A stretch of 64,000 bases of DNA, taken from the NCBI GenBank assembly GCA_018304465.1, contig JAGVWC010000010.1, forward strand, positions 1 through 64,000. The letters run 5' to 3'. The stretch comes from Candidatus Iainarchaeum sp. (GTDB taxonomy: Archaea; Iainarchaeota; Iainarchaeia; Iainarchaeales; JAGVWC01). Under the pieces are notes generated by a model that made no database searches, was not told the origin of the DNA, and worked only from the letters and a program-made list of their open reading frames with translations. The position numbers and the translations under genes are program-made. Positions 19,527 to 29,966 of the stretch are shown here, piece by piece (the stretch's first letter is position 1; each line of letters starts with the position of its first letter).

Positions 19527-19702
19527 TACGTAGATTCAACGAAAACAGACTATAAAAAAGTACCGAAACAGCTCTTTTAATCCGAAAAATCCGGCCCAGG
19601 GAAACGGATGACACCACAGAACCGGAGACATTCGGATTTTCGGACATGAATAGAAAACCATTTCATCCAATTTAATGGTTTTGCCCGGAACAAAAAAAAC
19701 CG

Positions 19703-21475
19703 TTACTTATCCAAATCCAGCTTTAAGTGCAGTTCGCGGAGTTGCTTTTGGTCCACGATATCGGGCGCCTCGTCCATGAGCGAAATCGCGGCTTTGTTTT
19801 TTGGAAACGCGATCACGTCCCGGATGCTTTCCGAGTGCGTCAAAATCGTTGCCAATCGATCCACGCCCAACGCCAATCCGCCGTGCGGAGGCGCTCCGTA
19901 ACGAAACGCGGACAAGAGAAAACCGAATCGACGCTCGGCTTCTGACGGAGAAATCTTCAGTATTCCGAACATTTTTTCCTGAAGCGCACGCTCGTGAATT
20001 CTGATGCTTCCACCGCCGACTTCGGAACCATTCAAGACACAATCATAGGCTTCCGCCAAAACCTTCATCGGATCCGAATCCATCAAAGAAAAGAACTCTT
20101 TTTTGGGTCGCGTAAACGGATGGTGGTTGGCCGCGGGACGATTCTCTTCCTTGTCCCACACATACAATGGAAAATCAATGACCCATAAAAAATTCAGTTT
20201 GTTGGGGTCCATCAAACCCAGTTTTTCACCGATTTTTAAGCGAACCGCACCCATTGCCGTGCACGCGGTTTCCCATTCGTCCGCCACGACCAAAATCAAG
20301 TCGTTGTCTTTTGCCGCGGTTTTCTTCAAAACTCCCTTGATTTGCTTTTCGGACAAAAACTTCGTGATGCTTGATTCAAACGACTTGTCCTTGACTTTGA
20401 AGGTAAACAATCCCTTGGCGCCATACACTTTCGCGGCATCCGTTAATTTTTCCAGATCGCCTTTCGAAAACTTTTCGGCTCCATCGGAAACAACCACGGC
20501 TTTGGCTTTTCCGTGATTTTTGAAAACGCTTTCCAATACCTGGAACTCCGAACCCGACAATTCGTCGGTGACATCCAACAATTTCAAATCAAACCGGGTA
20601 TCCGGCTTGTCGGAACCAAACTGATCCATGGCGTTTGCAAACGTCATGCGAACAAACGGCGTGGAAACCTTTTTTCCGGTGGATTTTTCAACGGCAAACG
20701 CAAGGCTTCGTTCCGTCACGTCAATCACGTCGTTTTCATTGACAAAACTCATTTCCAAGTCGATTTGGGTGAACTCCGGCTGGCGATCCGAACGCAAATC
20801 CTCGTCCCGAAAACAACGCGCAACCTGCATATATTTTTCGAAACCCGCGACCATCAACAACTGCTTGAAAATCTGGGGAGATTGCGGCAACGCGTAGAAT
20901 TTTCCGGGGTGAACCCGCGACGGAACCAAATAATCCCGGCTTCCTTCCGGCGTCGACTTGGCCATAATCGGAGTTTCGATTTCAAGAAAACCTTCCTTGT
21001 CGAAAAAATCGCGAAACGCCTTGATCATGTGATGCCGAAAAATAAGGTTGTTTTTCAATTGTTCACGGCGCAAATCCAAAAACCGATACTTCAAACGCTG
21101 TTCTTCGCTTGCCAGCACATGCGCGTCCAGTTCGATGGGCAACGGCTGCTCCGCCTTGTTCAAAATCTCAAGATCGATCGCTTCCACTTCGATTTTTCCC
21201 GACGCGATCTTTGGATTTTCCGTTCCTTTGGGGCGCAACGAAACGTTTCCCGTCAACGACACAACGAATTCTTTTCCCAGTTCTTCCGAGTCCTTATGGG
21301 CTTTTTGGCTGTTCTTGGGATTAAAAACGATCTGGCACAAACCGCTTCGGTCGCGCAAATCAATAAAAATCAAGGAACCGTGATCGCGTCGATTTGCGAC
21401 CCAACCGTTTAACACCACGGTTTGACCCACCATTTTTTCGTTCAATTCTTGGCATGCATGCGTTCTTTTTTTCAT
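19703..21475 (-). CDS. aspS: Aspartate-tRNA ligase, bacterial type with GAD insertion, probably non-discriminating
   Basis: 590 aa with RRDHGSLIFIDLRD, STPEGSRDY, FRDEDLRSDRQPEFTQ and GAPPHGG. Confidence 0.97.
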   Translation of the reverse strand: MKKRTHACQELNEKMVGQTVVLNGWVANRRDHGSLIFIDLRDRSGLCQIVFNPKNSQKAHKDSEELGKEFVVSLTGNVSLRPKGTENPKIASGKIEVEAIDLEILNKAEQPLPIELDAHVLASEEQRLKYRFLDLRREQLKNNLIFRHHMIKAFRDFFDKEGFLEIETPIMAKSTPEGSRDYLVPSRVHPGKFYALPQSPQIFKQLLMVAGFEKYMQVARCFRDEDLRSDRQPEFTQIDLEMSFVNENDVIDVTERSLAFAVEKSTGKKVSTPFVRMTFANAMDQFGSDKPDTRFDLKLLDVTDELSGSEFQVLESVFKNHGKAKAVVVSDGAEKFSKGDLEKLTDAAKVYGAKGLFTFKVKDKSFESSITKFLSEKQIKGVLKKTAAKDNDLILVVADEWETACTAMGAVRLKIGEKLGLMDPNKLNFLWVIDFPLYVWDKEENRPAANHHPFTRPKKEFFSLMDSDPMKVLAEAYDCVLNGSEVGGGSIRIHERALQEKMFGILKISPSEAERRFGFLLSAFRYGAPPHGGLALGVDRLATILTHSESIRDVIAFPKNKAAISLMDEAPDIVDQKQLRELHLKLDLDK

Positions 21476-21813
21476 GTGGACCCCTGCTGTTTTGCTTCCA
21501 AATCAAAAAACCGTTTTCCCAGCACGGTATAATCATTCTTGATGCGCTGGTTTTTTCCGGTTTCCATTTTAATTTTTTGTTCCAACGCCGCGATAAGGCT
21601 TTTGGATGGTTCGTTTTGACGTTTTTCCCTCTTCAATCGGGATGCAAGATCGTTTAATCTCGCATCGCTTTCGCATTTCAACAGATGCAACCCAACCAAG
21701 CGTTTATCCAACTTGGAAATTGAAAACGCCGGCACCCGTTGTTTTAAACGGGTTCTTCGACGCTGTTCGTTTTTGCGGTTCCAAGCCGAAGGATCCGGTT
21801 TTGGTTTTCGCAT
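21472..21813 (-). CDS. Basic orphan coiled-coil protein
   Basis: MRKPKP...RRR leader; ATGA overlap with aspS. Confidence 0.65.
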   Translation of the reverse strand: MRKPKPDPSAWNRKNEQRRRTRLKQRVPAFSISKLDKRLVGLHLLKCESDARLNDLASRLKREKRQNEPSKSLIAALEQKIKMETGKNQRIKNDYTVLGKRFFDLEAKQQGST

Positions 21814-21869
21814 CCTACATATGCCTGAAAAAAGGGTTTTTAAAGCCGTATTTCGGGGATAAACGAAGT

Positions 21870-22871
21870 TTAGGCAAACGCGAATTCCGCCAAAGACTGC
21901 TGGGATTTGTCCCCCAATGCCCGCGCAGGAATCCGAAATTTTCGGGTAACCGCCTGGGCGAATTCCTTGGCATAGCCATGCATCGTCAAGACTTGTTTGG
22001 GGTTTGATTGCTGTACATAATCCAATAATTCGTTGTAATCGCAATGATCCGACAAACAAAACGACTTGTCGAATCCGTATCCGTATGGCCAACCCGTGGC
22101 CACCGCGGACACCACTTTTTTGCCTGTGGAAAACTCAAGCGCCGGCACCAATGTTTTGTCAAACAAACTCGGCGGAATAATCATGACATTTGAATCCTTC
22201 AAATTGTGATTTGCCAGCAGGTATTTTCCGAGCTTTAACCCGAATTTTTCATACACCTGGTTATTCTGAAAAACGCGTTCGTGCACGAGCGGAACCTGAT
22301 TCGAATACTCATTAACGATTTTGGTTAATTCCTGGGATTTCCCCAACGCGTAACCGCACAACACCACAAACTTGTTGGCTTTCACGTTTTTTTCGATCCA
22401 CTGCCCCATTTCCTGATACACGTCTTCACGCGGCGGAAACGCATACTGCGGCAAACCAAACGTCGTTTCCATGACCAGGGTATCACACGGAACCGGAACC
22501 GCGCCTTGGGTCAAAAGCGAATCTTCGAGTTTAAAATCCCCCGAAATCACGGTCGTGGACGCGTTTTCAAGCACGATTTGGCCCGACCCCAAAATATGCC
22601 CCGAATTCTCAAACCGAATATTACACTCGCCGATCGAATGCTGTTTTCCAAACTCAGTCGACTCGGTTTTCTTGACGTTTTTTCCCTGGACTTTTAACAA
22701 CTCGTAGGTGGCCAAGGTCATCAAATACTGCTTGTGCCCCACTGACACGTGATCCGAATGCCCATGCGAAATAATCGCGACATCCGCCTTTTTTTTGCCG
22801 GAAGACGGATCCACCGCAATTTTGGAATTTCCTTCCGAAAACCAGATTCCTTTTTCAAAAAAAAGACGCAT
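21870..22871 (-). CDS. MBL-fold / beta-CASP-like exonuclease
   Basis: SHGHSDH, GHILGS, ETTFG, LSDHCD and MHG. Confidence 0.9.
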   Translation of the reverse strand: MRLFFEKGIWFSEGNSKIAVDPSSGKKKADVAIISHGHSDHVSVGHKQYLMTLATYELLKVQGKNVKKTESTEFGKQHSIGECNIRFENSGHILGSGQIVLENASTTVISGDFKLEDSLLTQGAVPVPCDTLVMETTFGLPQYAFPPREDVYQEMGQWIEKNVKANKFVVLCGYALGKSQELTKIVNEYSNQVPLVHERVFQNNQVYEKFGLKLGKYLLANHNLKDSNVMIIPPSLFDKTLVPALEFSTGKKVVSAVATGWPYGYGFDKSFCLSDHCDYNELLDYVQQSNPKQVLTMHGYAKEFAQAVTRKFRIPARALGDKSQQSLAEFAFA

Positions 22872-22921
22872 ACATAAAAGAAGGAATAAGAAAAATAAAA
22901 GGCTTGGCATTCCAACCGCGA

Positions 22922-24799
22922 TTACAGGCGTTTTTCAATCGCTTTTTTCAATGCCGCGGAAACCCGCTCGCCGGATACCCGGCCCCGCAATTGTTTCATG
23001 ACGTCGCCCATCAACGGACCGATCGCACCGAATTTTTTCGAAGAAACCAACACCATGTTTCTCGAAACCACGTCGTCGCACACCGAAAGAATATCCTCAT
23101 CGGATAATTCGTCTTTGCGATGCGATTCCACCAACGACAACACGCTTTGGGACGGATTGGACGCAAGCGCTTTTAGCAATTCTTTGGCGTTGTCTCGCAA
23201 CACGCGGCCTTTTTTTTCCAATTCGAAAAACGCGACCAGTTTTCCGTTCGGAATCCGTTCCACATAAACGTTTTCGCGCTTTAATTCCACCCAGGTTTCA
23301 AGCAACACTGTCGCGCAAAACGTGGGATTCAAATCTTTCTCGATCAAAGACTCGAAAAAACACGCCCAATTATCGAGTTTCATTTTTTCGGCCAATTGCC
23401 GCGACAACCCTTTTTCAACATACAAACCCACACGAGCGTCCGGGGACAACGGAAGACGCGAACGCAGATTCGAAAGCTTTTCGGGTAACACGTCAATCGG
23501 CGCCAAATCGGTTTCCGGATACATCCGCGCGGCCCCCGGCAACGGACGCAAATACTCCGTGTTGCCGTCTTCCAATGCTTGACGCGTTTCGGGAGGAACC
23601 CCCGACAAACACTGTTGACACCGGTTCAAAGCCTCCGCCAACGCGGTTTGGGCCTTGGTTTTTTCGGATGACACCATCACGAATCCATCGTATTCCTGAC
23701 ACGACAAGGCGTGACGAACCTGCGAAACCTCGGAATCGCTTACGCCGTACCCCGGCAACTCGTCCGAATGCAAAATTCCTTTCAAACCGGTTTTGGTTTT
23801 CACGTAATTCGCGACTTCGGTTCCCACGCGGCGATTCGGCTGGATTTCCCGGCCAAAAAAACCCTTAAACTTCGGCACGCGCACGCCGAACACGGTTTTT
23901 CCAGCCAAAAACTTGCACTCCGTCTTGCCAAAAATACCCGTTACTTCGATGACCGGCTGACGAAAATCGTTTTCTTCGAAACGCTTTTTTTGCAATTCAT
24001 CCCGCACTTCCAATAATTTTTCCTGGCGCTGCATTTCGCGACGCACGAACTCGTCGATCAACTCCAAATCCTGCATTCCCTTGATTTCAATGCGATTACC
24101 GCCTTCAATTGAAATATTCAGGTCTTGACGGATCGTTCCAAGGCCCCGCTTGGCGTTACACGTGCGACGAAACAAGGTTCCGATCGCCAACGCCGCCGCC
24201 TTGGCTTCTTCAGGCGTTTCAATATCCGGTTCCGTGGACAATTCGATCAACGGAATCCCCAATCGATCCAAGCGATACACGATATGGAAATCGGTTTTTT
24301 CCATCGGACGCGCGGCGTCTTCTTCCAACGCCATGGCCTGCAAACGGATTTTCTTGTTTCCGATATCGAGTTCGCCGCCCAAACAAATCAGCGCAGTTCT
24401 CTGAAAACCACTCGTGTTGCTTCCGTCAATCACGGTTTTTCGCATCACGAAAGCTTTGTCGACAAACGTGGAATTACAGAGTACTCCAACCGTCAGAATC
24501 GTATCCAGGGCTCTTTCATTCATCGGTTGCGGCGGCTCGTCATCGGTTTCCACGAGTGAAATTGAATCCTTGTAACACTCGTACCAGTACTCCAATCCTT
24601 TGCGATACTGTTCCAAGGCCGCGGCATCGAATTCACCTAACTCGCTTGCAACCGGCCGCAATCTGCGCTTGATCACGAAATCGGGTTTTTCCTCGCGCAG
24701 CTCCCCGGGAGTCCGGGAAAACAATTTTCCCGTATCGAGTTGCTGGTGCACTTCCAGACCGCACTTTAATTTTGGAACCGGTTTCATTTCATTCGCCAT
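22922..24799 (-). CDS. gatE: Glu-tRNA(Gln) amidotransferase subunit E
   Basis: GLEVHQQL, RKTVIDGSNTSGFQRT, LDRLGIPL and RPLPGAARMYPETD. Confidence 0.97.
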   Translation of the reverse strand: MANEMKPVPKLKCGLEVHQQLDTGKLFSRTPGELREEKPDFVIKRRLRPVASELGEFDAAALEQYRKGLEYWYECYKDSISLVETDDEPPQPMNERALDTILTVGVLCNSTFVDKAFVMRKTVIDGSNTSGFQRTALICLGGELDIGNKKIRLQAMALEEDAARPMEKTDFHIVYRLDRLGIPLIELSTEPDIETPEEAKAAALAIGTLFRRTCNAKRGLGTIRQDLNISIEGGNRIEIKGMQDLELIDEFVRREMQRQEKLLEVRDELQKKRFEENDFRQPVIEVTGIFGKTECKFLAGKTVFGVRVPKFKGFFGREIQPNRRVGTEVANYVKTKTGLKGILHSDELPGYGVSDSEVSQVRHALSCQEYDGFVMVSSEKTKAQTALAEALNRCQQCLSGVPPETRQALEDGNTEYLRPLPGAARMYPETDLAPIDVLPEKLSNLRSRLPLSPDARVGLYVEKGLSRQLAEKMKLDNWACFFESLIEKDLNPTFCATVLLETWVELKRENVYVERIPNGKLVAFFELEKKGRVLRDNAKELLKALASNPSQSVLSLVESHRKDELSDEDILSVCDDVVSRNMVLVSSKKFGAIGPLMGDVMKQLRGRVSGERVSAALKKAIEKRL

Positions 24800-25140
24800 T
24801 ATTTGAATTTCCAGTTGCGCGAATCGACGTCGAGATCCGAAATCTCGTGCGTCATGTCTTTGTCAACCAAGCGCTTAAGCAAAAAACCAAAACCGACAAT
24901 GGTCCAGACGCCGAAAACCAACTGGAACACCACGTCACCTAAAACAAACGCGTAATACAACAACAGAACCGATCCTACCAGGTTCAATCCGTTGTATTCA
25001 ACCGAATACCGCTTCATTTTTTTCATGGCATTCAAGCCCAACGCCGCCGCCAACAGCAAAAAGCCGGCAAGCGCAACGATTTGATTCAAACCCCATTCGA
25101 ACATTTCATCAAACTCCTTTTTTTCACTCCATTTTTTCAT
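24799..25140 (-). CDS. Small three-TM membrane protein
   Basis: YNGLNLVGSVLL..YA pattern; coupled between gatD and gatE. Confidence 0.7.
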   Translation of the reverse strand: MKKWSEKKEFDEMFEWGLNQIVALAGFLLLAAALGLNAMKKMKRYSVEYNGLNLVGSVLLLYYAFVLGDVVFQLVFGVWTIVGFGFLLKRLVDKDMTHEISDLDVDSRNWKFK

Positions 25141-26468
25141 ACATGACTGTCAATCGGTGTAAACGCACTGATTTCTCCGACCAAATTGGTGGCGATCAGA
25201 CGCTTGACTTCGTCTTTGTCCTTGAAATTACCCAAAAGCCAGGCCAGTTTCACAAAAGCTGTTTCCGGCAGCATGTCTTCGCAGCCAACAACCCCCATAT
25301 TCGCAAGATCAACGGCCTTATCATACACATGCATATGCACCCGGCCAAAAAGACACTGACTCGCCATGGCCACCACACAGCCTTTTTGAAGAATTTTCTC
25401 AAGCATTTCCCGATTCTTCAAATTCGGTTTGGAAAGTTCATTCGGAGCAGCGATGGGTGCATGACCCAAGGCCATTCCTTCCAAAACCAACCCGTCGTAT
25501 TTCAGATAAGGTTCCAGCTGGTCTGCAGAAAAATGCGTGTGAAGCTTCACCAACGCAACCCGGTCCGCAAAATCCGGACGAATTAAAGGAACGCGTTTTC
25601 CTTTTCGAAGATAATCGGTTTTCACAAACTGAATCTCCCCGGTTTTTGAATGGACCCGGGCAATAATCGAATCGTTTATCGGCTGAAATGCGTCTCTTCG
25701 AGACGAATGCATTTTCCGGGTTTTACAAGCAGGCAAAATCGCACACCAGTCATCATCCGAAGTTTCATGCATACAGATCGCAACCCCGGAAAAATCGGAT
25801 TTTACGATAAAATTGGCCGCCGCCAACATATTGGTGTGTGCATCACTGGATCCACGGTCGCTTGAACGCTGAGCTCCGACAAAAATAATCGGAATCGGAG
25901 AATTCTGAATCGCAAAAGCCAATGCAGCGGAAGAATAATGCATGGTGTCGGTTCCATGCGCAATAATGATCCCCGCCAGGGACGGGTTTTTTTGAATTTC
26001 TTTCCCGATTTCTTTTGCAATTAAAGAATAATGCGGAAAACGCATGTCTTCAGACCACATTTTTGATAACAAACGCGATTCAAAATTCGCAATCGCTTCA
26101 AGCCCCGGAAAAAGAGGAACCAAATCTTCGGGATTAAACGACGCAAACACCGCACCTGTGCGGTAATCCACGCGGCTAGCAATCGTTCCGCCCGTATGCA
26201 AAATCAAAATCGTCGGAAGCCCCGGAATGTTCTGCAAAGAATTTGAAGGCGCTTTGGCCACGCGTTTTCCACTTGAAAGTTTTTCAACCGAATCAATCGA
26301 CCCGGCATCAAGCCCGACATTATACCCGTTATCCATTTTCAGAACCAAAACCGATTCATCCGACGACGGAATAATCGTGCCTTTGAAAACCGCGCCCGAC
26401 TTTGTCACGGACACATGATCGCCTTCGGCCACTTTATGCTTCTTCAACAACTGGGACGCGTTCAACAA
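25137..26468 (-). CDS. gatD: Glu-tRNA(Gln) amidotransferase subunit D
   Basis: TGGTIASRVDY, HGTDT, GAQRSSDR and KMHSSRRDAF. Confidence 0.97.
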   Translation of the reverse strand: MLNASQLLKKHKVAEGDHVSVTKSGAVFKGTIIPSSDESVLVLKMDNGYNVGLDAGSIDSVEKLSSGKRVAKAPSNSLQNIPGLPTILILHTGGTIASRVDYRTGAVFASFNPEDLVPLFPGLEAIANFESRLLSKMWSEDMRFPHYSLIAKEIGKEIQKNPSLAGIIIAHGTDTMHYSSAALAFAIQNSPIPIIFVGAQRSSDRGSSDAHTNMLAAANFIVKSDFSGVAICMHETSDDDWCAILPACKTRKMHSSRRDAFQPINDSIIARVHSKTGEIQFVKTDYLRKGKRVPLIRPDFADRVALVKLHTHFSADQLEPYLKYDGLVLEGMALGHAPIAAPNELSKPNLKNREMLEKILQKGCVVAMASQCLFGRVHMHVYDKAVDLANMGVVGCEDMLPETAFVKLAWLLGNFKDKDEVKRLIATNLVGEISAFTPIDSHV

Positions 26469-26529
26469 AAATTCCCCGCAAAACGAACGAATAAATATAC
26501 GAAAGAATTAATTTTAATGGGTTTGCATA

Positions 26530-27441
26530 TTGGAAAAACCGTTTATTGCCGGAAAACGACTCGTTAACGCCGCTTTCAAACAACGCTTTGCGATCGGCGC
26601 GTTTAACACCGTGAACCTCGAAGTCAACCAAGCGATCATCGAAACCGCCAAAGAAGAAAACGCGCCGTGTTGGGTTCAAACCTCCGAAAAAACCATTTCG
26701 TACGCGAAAATTCCGAATTTGGTGTCCATGACCCGAATCATCGCAAACGAAAACAAAATTCCCGTCGTTCTCCACTTGGATCACGGGCACTCGGTTACCC
26801 AAGCCAAGGTCTGCATCGACGCGGGCTACTCAAGCGTGATGATCGACACTTCGCTTGAAGAATACGAAACAAACCTGAAATTAACCCGGCAAGTCGTCAC
26901 GTATGCGCGATCAAGAGGCGTCTCCGTCGAAGCCGAACTCGGCGTGCTGTCGCGACAATCCGACATGTACACGGATCCCGATCAAGCCGTCGAATTCGTG
27001 GAAAAAACCGGAATCGATTACCTGGCGGTCGCGGTCGGCACCAAACACGGCGCTTTCAAACTCAAAGGACGCGAAAAAATCGATTTGAAACGATTGAAAA
27101 CCATTCATGAAAAAGTACCGGTTCCCCTCGTATTGCACGGTGCTTCCAGCGTGAACCCAAAAACCGTTAAAACCGCGAACAAATACGGCGCCGCCTTAAC
27201 CGGGCTCAAAGGAATCCCCGAAGAAACCATCCGCAAAGCCATCAAACTCGGAATCGCCAAAATCAACATCGACACCGACTTGCGGCTCGCGTTCACGACC
27301 GGACTACGCCAATTTCTCGCGGAAAACCCAAACGAATTCGGAACCCGCGAAGCATTATTGTTTGCCAAAGAAAAAGTCAAAGAAGAACTTCGGCACAAAA
27401 TCAAATTGTTTGGAATGAAAAACAAAGCCCACAACCCATAG
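26530..27441 (+). CDS. fba: Class II fructose-bisphosphate aldolase
   Basis: LHLDHG, SVMID, EAELG, LVLHGAS and KINIDTD. Confidence 0.93.
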   Translation: MEKPFIAGKRLVNAAFKQRFAIGAFNTVNLEVNQAIIETAKEENAPCWVQTSEKTISYAKIPNLVSMTRIIANENKIPVVLHLDHGHSVTQAKVCIDAGYSSVMIDTSLEEYETNLKLTRQVVTYARSRGVSVEAELGVLSRQSDMYTDPDQAVEFVEKTGIDYLAVAVGTKHGAFKLKGREKIDLKRLKTIHEKVPVPLVLHGASSVNPKTVKTANKYGAALTGLKGIPEETIRKAIKLGIAKINIDTDLRLAFTTGLRQFLAENPNEFGTREALLFAKEKVKEELRHKIKLFGMKNKAHNP

Positions 27442-27449
27442 GAATCCCT

Positions 27450-28142
27450 TTGCCCACCCGACCACTTCCGCTTTCAATGATCAAACGGCTTCGACAAGCC
27501 GTTTTGCGCCAAGAAAAAAAAGACTCCGGCCAAATCCGCCTAAACCGATTACTTGGAAAACTGCCGATTGCGGATCATCGCCAGCCAAGGCTTCGCGTAC
27601 CCACATATGAAACCGCGAGACCCGGCGGACGCATCCGCGGATTTAGAACCGAACGAAATTATCCCACGGAACCCGAAATCATCATCAAACGCGTTCATGG
27701 AACCGCCGGCGAAAACCAAAAAGCGTCTCAAATCGTTCGAACACTCCAAAAAATCGTGCAAGAGCACAACCGACGATTTCCTTTCACCCGGTACGAATTA
27801 CGGTCACCCCATGCGTACCCGCTTGGAGAACGATTCGTGGCCATGGCAAAAACCACGGTCCCAAGCATCGGAGAAATCCTCGGAAGCCACAAAACCCAAC
27901 GCGGAATAAACTTTTTCAGATACCTCAAAAGAACCCATGGAATTAGAAAACGCGACCTGCGAGAAGCGGTCGCGGAATTGTGTGACCATCTTCGCCCATT
28001 GTACGAACCATTTTACCCCCATGTTCTAAGCGACACTGCCGCCCGTCGAATTCAAAATTCCAACGTACTTAATTCCAACATACTTGTCGCGGGGGTGAAA
28101 AACAAAAAAATAATTTTTGTTCCGCTCATCGACTGGTTCTGA
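27450..28142 (+). CDS. Basic orphan with protein-kinase-like fold, possibly a pseudokinase
   Basis: IIIKR, PHAY..FVAM, NILV...LID in kinase order, with an MPTRP leader. Confidence 0.55.
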   Translation: MPTRPLPLSMIKRLRQAVLRQEKKDSGQIRLNRLLGKLPIADHRQPRLRVPTYETARPGGRIRGFRTERNYPTEPEIIIKRVHGTAGENQKASQIVRTLQKIVQEHNRRFPFTRYELRSPHAYPLGERFVAMAKTTVPSIGEILGSHKTQRGINFFRYLKRTHGIRKRDLREAVAELCDHLRPLYEPFYPHVLSDTAARRIQNSNVLNSNILVAGVKNKKIIFVPLIDWF

Positions 28143-28339
28143 AAAAAATTCGTCAACTACCGAAAAAAAAATAGTTTTTCTCTTGTTGTGTAGCAAACTG
28201 AAAGAAGGCATTTAAATGTTTTTATTCTTCATGAATGAAAATAGAGAAAGAAAAACAAATCACTCCCGCTTTTTTGGCAACAACCAATATTCGAGGCATT
28301 GCCAGAGCCAACGGCGGAGAAAACAGGAGAGGAATAGAC

Positions 28340-28993
28340 ATGAACGTATGCGTCCTATTTTCAGGCGGAAAAGACAGTATGCTGGCAACCCAACTGGCGA
28401 TTACCAGCGGGCACCAAATCAAATGCTTGGTATCGTTTAAGTGCGACACAAATTATTTGTTCGACACCATCAACCTAAAATTCGTGGAAATGGCGGCGCA
28501 AGCCATGCAAATCCCGCTGCAAGAATTCGAACTTGGAAGCGGAAAAGACGAAACCCTGCTTTGCCTGCACGAAAGCCTCATCAGCCTCAAAAAACAGTTC
28601 AAAATCCAGGGAATCGTCACCGGCGCGCAAACCCCGTCCGGAAAAAGCCAGCTCCTTGAACGACTCTGCGCCGAACTCCAGTTGACCTGCATTCACCCGT
28701 TGATCGGAATCAAACAACACAACGTGCTGTACGCGGCCCTCAAAAACAAATACAAAGTCATGATCGTCAAAACCGACGGGTATCAACAGCTCTTGGGACA
28801 AGTACTCGACGAAAAAACCATCGAAGAACACGATTCGAAAACCCTCGAACACGCGGTTGACTTCGGGAAAGGATCCATTATCCTGGATTCCCCCTTGTTC
28901 CGCAAAAAAATACACGTCGTGGAATCCGAATCCGTTCACGAAGGCACCATCATGAAACTACTGTTGACAGGAATGGTGCTCGAAAACAAGTGA
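28340..28993 (+). CDS. Diphthine-ammonia ligase (Dph6)-like PP-loop ATPase
   Basis: VLFSGGKDS, GIVTGA and LDSPLF. Confidence 0.8.
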   Translation: MNVCVLFSGGKDSMLATQLAITSGHQIKCLVSFKCDTNYLFDTINLKFVEMAAQAMQIPLQEFELGSGKDETLLCLHESLISLKKQFKIQGIVTGAQTPSGKSQLLERLCAELQLTCIHPLIGIKQHNVLYAALKNKYKVMIVKTDGYQQLLGQVLDEKTIEEHDSKTLEHAVDFGKGSIILDSPLFRKKIHVVESESVHEGTIMKLLLTGMVLENK

Positions 28994-29003
28994 AACGAAA
29001 AAA

Positions 29004-29966
29004 TCAGTCACAGTGCCCGTTCACCGGAGTCGACAACACCCACGCCGACAAAAAATCGCCTTCCACAAACGACTGGTTCGGATCCGCGTTTTTCCACGCG
29101 AACAAACATTGCGCCGCAAGCACGCATTCTTCGCACGCGAATTTTTTTTTGCACAAATCGTTTTCCGAGTCAAAACTGGTTTGTGGCGGCGCATCCGTTA
29201 TTGCGCGACAGTTGGATTGAACCACGCCAACAGATTTGAAATTAATCGTTTTCGAATCCGAACCCGCTTTTTCCCCGGTCACTTCAACCTGCGCTTCCAT
29301 GTCCCCGATTTGATTCAAAATCACTTCAAACGAAACGGTTTGCGATTCTTGGGCTTCCAATTCCCCCACGGGAAGCTCCCGAAAAGACACCGGAACCAAT
29401 TCCCCGTCTTTTCGAACGAACAAACGCAAAAACACGGTATTCGAAACGCCTCGCACGGAACCCGTGTTTTTGATTTTAACCAAAAACGGCACTTTCGAAT
29501 CCACGGACAAATCCACGACCGGAGAAACAAAAAGCGATTCGATTGAAACCTGGGCGGGTTTGGAACCGACAAACAACGAGCACGCGAAAAAATTGAACAA
29601 TTGTTCACAGCGCACGAAAAAAGGAATTTCCTGACGCGACTGGAACAACACGCGCGACGAATCCCACAACGCGCCTTTTTCGCACGCAACCGAACGATCG
29701 CAACAATACGACGGAGAAGTGCATTCGATCTGCAAATCCACGGCCAGATCCGAAAACGGCTTCGAAGCAAAACCCTCCCCCTGGTTCACCAAAAGCATTC
29801 CGACCGAAACCGTCTGATTGTTTTTCAATTTGGCGTTTTCGATCGCGTCCCGGATCGATTTTTCATTCTGACCCGGAGCCGAAAAAAACGGCGCCATGAA
29901 CTGGTAAAAAAAAACCATCAAAGCCACTGCGGCAATCGCCATCACGAGCAACTGGAACGAATTCAA
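29004..29966 (-). CDS. Membrane-anchored surface protein with CARDB/Ig-like domain
   Basis: N-terminal TM, VKIKNTG..LEAQESQTVSF and Cys clusters. Confidence 0.75.
   Translation of the reverse strand: MNSFQLLVMAIAAVALMVFFYQFMAPFFSAPGQNEKSIRDAIENAKLKNNQTVSVGMLLVNQGEGFASKPFSDLAVDLQIECTSPSYCCDRSVACEKGALWDSSRVLFQSRQEIPFFVRCEQLFNFFACSLFVGSKPAQVSIESLFVSPVVDLSVDSKVPFLVKIKNTGSVRGVSNTVFLRLFVRKDGELVPVSFRELPVGELEAQESQTVSFEVILNQIGDMEAQVEVTGEKAGSDSKTINFKSVGVVQSNCRAITDAPPQTSFDSENDLCKKKFACEECVLAAQCLFAWKNADPNQSFVEGDFLSAWVLSTPVNGHCD

Noticed and set aside
21814-22092. 5' part of the 206-aa ORF 21472-22092
   Set aside because: It overlaps the MBL nuclease gene; the probable start is 21813.
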